Positions 37,768 through 45,661 of a DNA stretch of 48,850 nucleotides are shown here, piece after piece. The notes under the pieces were generated by a model that did no database searches, was not told the DNA's origin, and saw only the letters and a program-made list of their open reading frames with translations. A program made the position numbers and the translations under genes. This stretch comes from Phycisphaerales bacterium (GTDB lineage: Bacteria; Planctomycetota; Phycisphaerae; Phycisphaerales; UBA1924), in NCBI GenBank assembly GCA_007694925.1, contig REET01000127.1:1-48850 (forward strand), given 5' to 3'. How positions within the stretch are numbered: the stretch's first letter is position 1; every line of letters begins with the position of its first letter.

Positions 37768-39834
37768 ATGAAACCAGACTTCTCCAGTTACCGTCGGGCG
37801 CTGAACATCAGCATCATCGGCATCGCCATCCAGCTTGTGATGGCGGTGCTCTTGGTGTTCTACGGCACCTTCGCCAACGACCACGCGGCGATCACCGCTT
37901 CGATCTACGCCGCCATCGGCCTGGTCTCGTGGCTGACGCTCATCATCCTTTTCGACCAGCACCGGCGCGAGCGGGTCGAGGCCTTCGAGGCCGAGGCGAT
38001 GGAATCGTCGGGGGCGTCGGCCTCCAGCGTCTTCGAGCAGTCGGGCGACGAGCTCCGCGTGGCCGCGAGGCGCCTGAGGGCGCTGTACCGCTTCTTCCTG
38101 CCCGTGATGGGGCTGATCGTCGGCGGGGGGATGGTGACCGTCGGCGTCGTCCGCTTCAACGCGGGTCGGGAGCTGATCGGCGACCTGGACAGAGAATTCG
38201 CCGCCGACACTTTCTTCGCGCTCTTCGTCTCGCTCGCGGCGACCGTGATCGGGTTCATCTTCGCCCGCTTCTGCTCGGGGATGGGCAAGCAGAAGGTCTG
38301 GGTGAACCTGAACGCCGGCGCGTCGGCCGCCGTGGGCGTCGCGGTCTTCGGGGCCCTGATCGCGGTGGGGCACTTCTTCAAGATCGCCGGGCCGGACACG
38401 CTGCTCCGGTATCTGACGGTCGTCCTCCCGCTGGTGATGATCCTGCTGGGCGTCGAGACGCTGTTGAACCTGCTGCTTGAGATCTACCGCCCCCGGAAGA
38501 TCGACGAGCACCCCCGTCCGGCGTTCGACTCGCGCATGCTCGGCCTGATCGCCGCCCCCGACAGGGTGGCCCAGTCGATCGGCGACGCGATCAACTACCA
38601 GTTCGGCACCGACATCACCGGAAGTTGGTTCTACAAGCTGTTCAGCCGCTGGGCCGGCACGCTCGTGCTCTTCGGGCTCCTCGTCGGCTGGCTGCTGACC
38701 TCCGTCGCTGTGGTGCAGCCCCACCAGGTGGGCGTGCTGGAGCGGTTCGGTCGTCAGGCGGCGATCGTCGAGCCGGGCCTGCGATTCAAGCTGCCCTGGC
38801 CGATGGATCGCGTCGTCGTCCCCGAGTTCATCAACCGTGATGAGCGGGGCAACATCGTCGCCCGCATCCGCACCGCGACGGGCATCCGCACCGTCCAGCT
38901 CTCAACACCCCCGGTCACCTCGCCCCACCAGCCGATCCTCTGGACCAACGAGCACGCGGCCGAAGAGGTCTTCACCATCGTCCGGGCCGACGAGGGCACG
39001 GGCGGCGAGGACGAGCTGGCCGACTTCGGCCTCATCGCGGCTGAAGTCCCCCTGCACTATGTGATCGACGATGTGCTCTCCTTCGAGCGGCTCGCCACCC
39101 CCGAGCACCGCGAGGAGATCATCAAGGCGATCGGCCGGCGCGAGGTCATGCTCTACCTCTCGACCATCACGCTCGACGAAGCGCTGGGCGAGGTGCGATC
39201 GGACATCCGCAAGGAGCTCGCGTCGAGGCTCTCGGGCTCGCTCGACGCCGTCGGCACCAGCGGCCAGAACGCGGGCGTCCGCGTCGCGTTCGTCGGGTAC
39301 CAGGGCGTCCACCCGCCCCGCCGGGCCGCGACCGCCTTCGAGAATGTGATCGTGCAGGAAGCCAAGAACGAGGCCCTGTACAGCCGCTCGCGGGGCCGGG
39401 CGATCCGCGAGCTGACCGAGGCCGCGGGCTCAGAACGCGACGCCGAGCGGGCGATCGAGCTGCTCGACCGGCTCGAGCGTCTCCGCGAAGAGAGAGCTTC
39501 GGACCAGGAGATTCTCGATGTGACTATCGAGATCGAGCAGGCGCTGGCGCGTGGCGGCGAGGCTTCGCGCCTCCTGGCGAGGGCCAGGGCCGAACGCTGG
39601 ACGAGGCACATGTCAGACAGAGCGCTGCGGGATCAGTACGAGGGCGAGCTCGCCGGCTTCCGGGCCAACCCGGGCCTGTTCATGGCGATCCGCTGGTTCG
39701 ACACCCTCGCAGACATCATGAACAGCACGAGGGTGTACGTCACCGACAGACCGGACCTTGTCGATTCGGTCTACATGCTCCAGGAGCGGACCTCGGCGGC
39801 GGACATCTTCATTCAGGATGACACCGATCAGTGA
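37768..39834 (+). CDS. SPFH/Band-7 protein, HflK-like, fused to a polytopic (about 7 TM) N-terminal module
   Basis: ORF 37504..39834(+). Start is ATG 37768. Residues 1 to about 312 carry about 7 hydrophobic helices. The HflK-like core follows: VVQPHQVGVLERFGRQAAIVEPGLRFKLPWP ... VAFVGYQGVHPPRRAATAFENVI. Confidence 0.75.
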   Translation: MKPDFSSYRRALNISIIGIAIQLVMAVLLVFYGTFANDHAAITASIYAAIGLVSWLTLIILFDQHRRERVEAFEAEAMESSGASASSVFEQSGDELRVAARRLRALYRFFLPVMGLIVGGGMVTVGVVRFNAGRELIGDLDREFAADTFFALFVSLAATVIGFIFARFCSGMGKQKVWVNLNAGASAAVGVAVFGALIAVGHFFKIAGPDTLLRYLTVVLPLVMILLGVETLLNLLLEIYRPRKIDEHPRPAFDSRMLGLIAAPDRVAQSIGDAINYQFGTDITGSWFYKLFSRWAGTLVLFGLLVGWLLTSVAVVQPHQVGVLERFGRQAAIVEPGLRFKLPWPMDRVVVPEFINRDERGNIVARIRTATGIRTVQLSTPPVTSPHQPILWTNEHAAEEVFTIVRADEGTGGEDELADFGLIAAEVPLHYVIDDVLSFERLATPEHREEIIKAIGRREVMLYLSTITLDEALGEVRSDIRKELASRLSGSLDAVGTSGQNAGVRVAFVGYQGVHPPRRAATAFENVIVQEAKNEALYSRSRGRAIRELTEAAGSERDAERAIELLDRLERLREERASDQEILDVTIEIEQALARGGEASRLLARARAERWTRHMSDRALRDQYEGELAGFRANPGLFMAIRWFDTLADIMNSTRVYVTDRPDLVDSVYMLQERTSAADIFIQDDTDQ

Positions 39835-39864
39835 CGCGCGTGACCGCGTATTAGGAGCCAAAGA

Positions 39865-40887
39865 GTGCGCATCAAGGCAGTTGTCATCTGGGGTCTCGTG
39901 GCCGTCTTCGGCATCGCGCTGGCGTCGTTCATGTTCACCTACACGGTGCGGTACACCGAGACGGCGGTCGTGACGACCTTCGGCCGGGCCCCCGCCGACG
40001 CCGAACCAAAGGGCGCCGGCATCTACTTCCGCTGGCCGTTCCCCTTCCAGATCGTCACCAAGTACGACACCCGTCTGCGGATCATCGAGACCACCGCCGA
40101 GACGCAGCAGACCGCCGACGATCGGCCGCTCATCGTCGAGGCCTACGCGATCTGGCGGGTCAGCGATCCGATGGCGTTCTTCCGCGAGTACAGCGGCGCC
40201 GGCGACAGCGCCGAGCGTCACTTCAACGCCGCCGACGAGGTCGTCCGCGGGCGTCTGCGTGCCGGCCAGTCGCTGATCGGGCGCTACGCGCTGACGGACC
40301 TCTTCCCGCCTTCGGGGCGCGGGGGAAGGATCCCCGAGCTCGAGCAGCGGATGCTCGAAGAGATGCGTGCCGAGGGCGCCGGTGTCGGCGAGCGGAGCCT
40401 CGCCGACAGCGGGATCGAGGTCGTGCAGATCGGGATCAGCCGCGTCCGACTGCCGCAGGAGGTCACCCAGGCGGTGATCGAGCGCATGCAGGCGGCCCGC
40501 AACCGCGAGACCGAGACCCTGCGCAGCCAGGGCCAGCAGGTCGCCGCCCGCATCCGCTCCGACGCCGAGGCCGACCGCCAGCGCATCCTCGCCTTCGCCA
40601 GGGCCCGCGCCGCGGAGATCCGGGCGCTGGGCGACCGCGAGGCGGCCGAGTACCTCGCCGGCATGACCGAGGAGCCCCGTCTGGCGATCTTCCTGAAGAA
40701 CCTGGACATGCTCCGCGACTCGCTCGCCAACCGCACGACGCTCCTGCTCTCGACCGACCTGCCGGGCCTGCGTCTGCTGAGCCCAGAGTCGATCGAAAAC
40801 ATCGGGCCCGACGGGCTGCCCTACCTGGGCGTCTTCGAGGAGCCCGCGCAGACCCCCGTTTCCCGCCGGGAGGGACAAGGTGACTGA
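39865..40887 (+). CDS. SPFH/Band-7 protein, HflC-like
   Basis: GTG start with RBS aggag at 39852-39856. It has a single N-terminal TM. IEVVQIGISRVRLPQEVTQAVIERMQAARNRETETLRSQGQQ ... LAIFLKNLDMLRDSL parallels E. coli HflC. Confidence 0.8.
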   Translation: MRIKAVVIWGLVAVFGIALASFMFTYTVRYTETAVVTTFGRAPADAEPKGAGIYFRWPFPFQIVTKYDTRLRIIETTAETQQTADDRPLIVEAYAIWRVSDPMAFFREYSGAGDSAERHFNAADEVVRGRLRAGQSLIGRYALTDLFPPSGRGGRIPELEQRMLEEMRAEGAGVGERSLADSGIEVVQIGISRVRLPQEVTQAVIERMQAARNRETETLRSQGQQVAARIRSDAEADRQRILAFARARAAEIRALGDREAAEYLAGMTEEPRLAIFLKNLDMLRDSLANRTTLLLSTDLPGLRLLSPESIENIGPDGLPYLGVFEEPAQTPVSRREGQGD

Positions 40888-42316
40888 AGGCAACAGCAAC
40901 CAGGGTCAGGACCCGATCTTGGGCGGTGACACTCCCGCCTCGCAGCGTGAGGCCTCGGTCACGCTGCAGCAGCGCACGCAGCGTGAATCCGGCTCCCTGA
41001 TGGATCCGGCGCACGAGTCGCTTGCCGACGCGCTGCGGATCACGATGCGCGTCGTGCAGTTCGCGATGATCGCGCTGGTGCTGCTGTTCTTCCTCAGCGG
41101 CGCCCGCCAGATCAACGAGGGCGAGCGGGGCGTGCGCCTGGTTTTCGGGCGCGTCGCCGACGACAACCTCACGCCCGGCTTCCAGCTCTCGTGGCCTTTC
41201 CCCATCGGCGATCTGATACGGGTCGGCACCGGCACCGAGCGGATCGCGTTGGACGGCGCTCGTGAGTTCTGGCCCTTCCTCACCGAGACCGAGCGCCGAC
41301 GCTCGATCGACGAACTCGGCGGTCGCCCCAGCCTCGATCCGGCCAACGACGGCTCGCTCATCACCCGCGACCAGAACCTCGTGCACGCCCAGTGGCGTGT
41401 CACTTACCAGCGGCGCGAGCCCGCCTCCTACATCCGCAATATCCACCCCGAGCACGAGGAACGGATCATCCGCGCCGTCACCAAGCGCGCCGTCGTCCGC
41501 CATGTCGCCGAGCAGTCGATCGACGGCGTGCTCCGCGAGGGCGGCAGCGGCGAGGGCTCGCTCTCGATCGCCGTCCGCTCGACCGCCCGCGATCTCCTGG
41601 AAGACATCGGCTCGGGCATCCGCGTCGAGTCGATGGAACTCATCAGCAAGGTCCCGCCCCTGGCGGCCCGCAGCGCGTTCAACCAGGTCTCTTCGGCGCA
41701 GTCCGAGGCGCAGCGCGAGGTCGAGAACGCGCGTGCGCACGCCCGCGGCGCACTGCTCGGGGCCGCGGGGTCCATCCCCGCCGCCGAGCGTCTCGTCGAG
41801 CTCATCGGCGAGTACGAGCTGGCGACCGACCGCGAGCGTGCGGCCCGCGACGACAACGACGCCGAGGCCGTCCAACTCGCGATCGCCGACCGCGACCGCT
41901 GGCTCGCCGAGATCCACACGCTGATGGAGGACCCCGAGACCAGCGGGCAGGTGAACAGCCTCGTCAGCGACGCGAGGACCTACCAGCTCACCGAGTCGGC
42001 CCGTCGCCGCACAGACTTCGCCACCTACCAGGCCCGTCTGGCCCAGTTCCGCGAGAACCCCAGCGTCACCATCCACCGCGACTGGTCCGACGCGTGGCTG
42101 GCGTTCATGAACCGCGACGCGGTCGAGCTCTTCTTCCAGCCCAAGGGCGTGAGGGGGACGGAGATGCGATTCGGCCGCGACCCGGAGATCATGCGCACCC
42201 TCGAGCGCGTGCAGAAGCAGCGCCGGGCCGAAGAGATCGAGCGTCAGCGCCAGCGTGAGCTCGAGCGTCGCGAGTTCGAGGTCGACACCACCCGCGTCGA
42301 GATGGACGCCGGCTGA
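40880..42316 (+). CDS. SPFH/Band-7 protein, second HflK-like paralog with coiled-coil tail
   Basis: GTG start overlapping the previous stop by 8 nt. It has one TM (VVQFAMIALVLLFFLSG), then INEGERGVRLVFGRV...PGFQLSWPFPIG ... IRVESMELISKVPPLAARSAFNQV. Confidence 0.75.
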   Translation: MTEGNSNQGQDPILGGDTPASQREASVTLQQRTQRESGSLMDPAHESLADALRITMRVVQFAMIALVLLFFLSGARQINEGERGVRLVFGRVADDNLTPGFQLSWPFPIGDLIRVGTGTERIALDGAREFWPFLTETERRRSIDELGGRPSLDPANDGSLITRDQNLVHAQWRVTYQRREPASYIRNIHPEHEERIIRAVTKRAVVRHVAEQSIDGVLREGGSGEGSLSIAVRSTARDLLEDIGSGIRVESMELISKVPPLAARSAFNQVSSAQSEAQREVENARAHARGALLGAAGSIPAAERLVELIGEYELATDRERAARDDNDAEAVQLAIADRDRWLAEIHTLMEDPETSGQVNSLVSDARTYQLTESARRRTDFATYQARLAQFRENPSVTIHRDWSDAWLAFMNRDAVELFFQPKGVRGTEMRFGRDPEIMRTLERVQKQRRAEEIERQRQRELERREFEVDTTRVEMDAG

Positions 42317-42334
42317 CGCGCCGACGGAGACCGC

Positions 42335-43591
42335 ATGACCCAGTCCGCCGCTTCTCCAGACAAACCGGTCGTCGCGGCCGATCGCCTGACCAAAGTCTTC
42401 AAGGACTTCTGGCTCAGGGACCGCGCCCGCGCCGTCGACAACCTGACTTTCGAGATCAACCGGCGCGAGATCTTCGGGCTCCTCGGGCCCAACGGCTCGG
42501 GCAAGAGCACCACCATCAAAATGATCCTCGGCCTCCTCAGGCCGACCTCCGGGCGCCTGGCCGTCTTCGGCAAGCTCCCCACCGATGTCTCCACCAAGAA
42601 GCGCATCGGCTTCCTCCCCGAGGAGTCGTACCTCTACGGGTTCCTCAACGCCCGCGAGACGCTGGACTACTACGGCAAGCTCTTCGGCCTCACCCACCGC
42701 GACCGCCAGAAGCGCATCGAAGAGCTGCTGGACATGGTCGGCCTGACCCAGGCCCAGTTCCGCCCCGTCCGCGAGTACTCCAAGGGCATGCAGCGCCGCA
42801 TCGGCCTCGCCCAGGCGCTCATCAACGACCCCGAGTTCCTCATCCTCGACGAGCCGACCACCGGCCTCGACCCTCTGGGCACGCGACAGGTCAAGGACCT
42901 CATCATCGAGCTCGGCAGGCGGGGCAAGACCATCCTCCTCTCCAGCCACCTCCTCGCCGATGTCGAGGACTGCGTCGACCGGATGGTCATCCTCTACGGC
43001 GGCAAGAAGCGCGACGAGGGCATGCGCGACGACCTGCTCGTCCGAAACTCGCGCACCACCATCGAGTCCGAGCTGCTCGACGACGCGACCATCGCCGAGA
43101 TCGACCGCATCATCCGCGAGCGGACCGGCGGCGAGAAGTCCATCCTCACCGTCTCCCACCCCCGCCAGAAGCTGGAAGAGAAGTTCCTCGAGATCGTCGA
43201 GCGCGCCCGCGCCGAGAAGCTCGAAACCTCCGGCGCCACCCACGGGGGCGAGGTCGCCGCCTTCCTCCGCGGCACCGCGACCGGCGAGCGGCTCATCGAG
43301 GAGCTCGTCTCCGCCGTCGACGACGCGCCGCCCCCCCCGGAAGTCGAAGAGGCTGTCGAAAAGAGAAAGGGCCCCGACGGCCCCGACGCCTCGGTCATCG
43401 GCGACCTGCTCAAGCAGGCCGACGCCGAGCCGGCGCAGCGACCTGCCCCGGGCCCGGACAAGGAAGCCGACCGCAAGGAACGCCCGGCCGACGACCGCGT
43501 CGACATGGATGTGATCGGCTCGCTGCTGGATTCGGGCGACCGCGATAGAAACGACGGCGACGGCCAGGGCGGCCGGGAGCGCAAGCAGTGA
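42335..43591 (+). CDS. ABC transporter ATP-binding protein with an acidic low-complexity C-terminal extension
   Basis: Walker A GPNGSGKST, signature-like YSKGMQRR, Walker B FLILDEPTTGLD, H-loop LLSSHLL. A tail of about 110 aa carries two VIGxLL motifs. Confidence 0.9.
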   Translation: MTQSAASPDKPVVAADRLTKVFKDFWLRDRARAVDNLTFEINRREIFGLLGPNGSGKSTTIKMILGLLRPTSGRLAVFGKLPTDVSTKKRIGFLPEESYLYGFLNARETLDYYGKLFGLTHRDRQKRIEELLDMVGLTQAQFRPVREYSKGMQRRIGLAQALINDPEFLILDEPTTGLDPLGTRQVKDLIIELGRRGKTILLSSHLLADVEDCVDRMVILYGGKKRDEGMRDDLLVRNSRTTIESELLDDATIAEIDRIIRERTGGEKSILTVSHPRQKLEEKFLEIVERARAEKLETSGATHGGEVAAFLRGTATGERLIEELVSAVDDAPPPPEVEEAVEKRKGPDGPDASVIGDLLKQADAEPAQRPAPGPDKEADRKERPADDRVDMDVIGSLLDSGDRDRNDGDGQGGRERKQ

Positions 43592-45582
43592 GACTCGGCG
43601 AAACGCTGAGAAGGCTCGACAGGCTCCAGCATTCGCTGGGGTTCAAGATCGCCGCGTCAGCCGTTGTCGTCGGCCTCATGCTCTTCGGCCTCGGCGCCGT
43701 GGCGCTCGACGCGATCGGCAGCCGCGAAGCGGTCGAGGAACGCCTCGCCGCCGTCGAAGCCACCCAGGAGGAACAGGCCGACGGGCGAGAGTCGCTCGCC
43801 CGCGCGGGCGACGACGCCTCGGCGCTGGCGGCCGTCCAGCGCATCGCCGAGCAGCAGGACAACCCCACCGGCAGGGCCTTTGCGATCGGCGCCGGCGGCT
43901 TCGTCGCCCTGGTGATCGTCTGGCTCGGGCTGGCGCTGACCTACCTCGGCATCGCCCTGGTCGCGGGGGTGGTCGTCGTTCCGCTCTGGCTCTTTGAGTC
44001 CACGCGCAGCTTCGCGCTGATCGGGGCGGGTGTGCTCGCGCTCTCAGCGTCGTTTACGGCGTTGATGCAGTTTCTGCGTCTGGCCTTCAGCGGCCCCGGC
44101 CCGGTCTTCGCCATCGCCCGCAATGTGCTGGCCGAGGCCGTCCGCCTGAAGCTCTCGCTGCTGTTCATCGTGCTCCTGGTCTTTGCGCTCGCGGCCCTGC
44201 CGGGCCTGCTCGACGGGGAACGCCAGCTCCGCTTCCGCATCCAGTCCTTCCTGCAGTACGGGACGGGCGGGGCGTTCTGGATCATCGCCCTGCTCACGCT
44301 GCTCTTCTCGGTCGCGACCGTCGCCTTCGAGCAGCGCGACAAGCTCATCTGGCAGACCGTCACCAAGCCCGTCTCGCCGGCCAAGTACATTTTCGGAAAG
44401 TGGCTCGGCGTCGCCGGCCTCAACGCAGTGCTGCTGGCGGTCTGCGCCTCGGGCGTCTTCCTGTTCGTCGAGTACCTTCGCGTGCAGCCTGCTGCGGGTG
44501 AGATCCGGGCCTTCGAGCCCGCCTCGACGGGCGTGCTCATCAGCGAGGACCGCCTGAAGCTCGAGACCGAGGTGCTCTCCGCACGCGTGACCGCCGAGCC
44601 CGAGCCGCCCTTCCGAATGGACGACCCCGGCTTCCGCGAGAGCCTCCGCGAGTACATCGAGAGCCGGCGCCGCATCGAGCCGGGCTTCGCCCAGACCGAC
44701 GCGGAGTTCGAGGAAGTTGTCCGCGACACCTTCCGATCGGCGACCGTCCACGCGATGACGCTCGAACCGCCGATCATCACCCCGACGGGCGCGCAGGCCG
44801 TGCCCCGGTACTTCCGCTTCGAGAATCTCGAAGGCGCCAGGCGGAGCACGCGCCCCGTCACCATCCGCTTCAAGGTCAACTCCGACGAGAACAACCCGAC
44901 GCACTTCTACGACATCGAGTTCCTCTTCATGGGGTCCAGCGGGCCGTTCTCGACGCACCGAAAGACCGCCGCCGCCGTCACGCAGACGATGACCCTCCCC
45001 AACGACATCATCCAGGCCAACGGGGTCCTGGAGTTCTACATGTACAACCACGGGCGCGACGACGACCGATGGTGGGAAACCGGCATGCAGCTGTCGGGGC
45101 CGCTCTACATCGACGAGAACGGCGGGCTCCAGCTCCTCTACAGCGTCGGGGACTACCGCGCCAATTTCATGCGTGTGATCTTCGTGCTCTGGCTCAAGCT
45201 CGCGGCGCTGGCGATGCTGGGCATCTGCACCGCGACCTTCCTGAGCTTCCCCGTCGCCACGCTCGTCGCCGGGGTGATCTTCCTCAGCGCCGAGGCCGCG
45301 GGCTTCCTCGCCGGCTCTCTGGAGTCCTACCGGATCCGCGACCACGACGGGAACCTGATCTGGTGGAAGTATGTCGCCGAGCAGATCGCGCTGGTCATCA
45401 GCGATTTCTTCCGCATCTACGCCAGCCTGAGGCCCACCTCCCGTCTCGTCGACGGGCGGCTGCTGAGCCTGGGCGACACGGCGCTGGGTCTCGTCGTTCT
45501 GGCGCTGTTCACCCTGGTTGTCTACGCGGTCGCGGTGCTGATCTTCCGCAGACGCGAGCTGGCGATCTATTCGGGCCAGTGA
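43588..45582 (+). CDS. Large ABC-2-type permease-like membrane protein
   Basis: GTG start overlapping the ATPase stop (GTGA). VFAIARNVLAEAVRLKL and FEQRDKLIWQTVTKPVSPAKYIFGKWLG mirror the motifs of 36029..37381. It also has an extra N-terminal TM region and a large central soluble domain. Confidence 0.7.
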   Translation: MRLGETLRRLDRLQHSLGFKIAASAVVVGLMLFGLGAVALDAIGSREAVEERLAAVEATQEEQADGRESLARAGDDASALAAVQRIAEQQDNPTGRAFAIGAGGFVALVIVWLGLALTYLGIALVAGVVVVPLWLFESTRSFALIGAGVLALSASFTALMQFLRLAFSGPGPVFAIARNVLAEAVRLKLSLLFIVLLVFALAALPGLLDGERQLRFRIQSFLQYGTGGAFWIIALLTLLFSVATVAFEQRDKLIWQTVTKPVSPAKYIFGKWLGVAGLNAVLLAVCASGVFLFVEYLRVQPAAGEIRAFEPASTGVLISEDRLKLETEVLSARVTAEPEPPFRMDDPGFRESLREYIESRRRIEPGFAQTDAEFEEVVRDTFRSATVHAMTLEPPIITPTGAQAVPRYFRFENLEGARRSTRPVTIRFKVNSDENNPTHFYDIEFLFMGSSGPFSTHRKTAAAVTQTMTLPNDIIQANGVLEFYMYNHGRDDDRWWETGMQLSGPLYIDENGGLQLLYSVGDYRANFMRVIFVLWLKLAALAMLGICTATFLSFPVATLVAGVIFLSAEAAGFLAGSLESYRIRDHDGNLIWWKYVAEQIALVISDFFRIYASLRPTSRLVDGRLLSLGDTALGLVVLALFTLVVYAVAVLIFRRRELAIYSGQ

Positions 45583-45661
45583 GGCCCCCGGGCCCGGCCC
45601 GCACGGGCCGAAGGCGAACAATCACCCGTCCGCCGGCGTTGGTAGCCGGGGAGACAGTGCC

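Noticed and set aside
40463-43243. 926-aa minus-strand ORF
   Set aside because: It runs antisense across three well-supported plus-strand genes (HflC-like, HflK-like-2 and the ABC ATPase). Its composition is low-complexity Gly/Arg/Ala/Asp. It is a shadow ORF.
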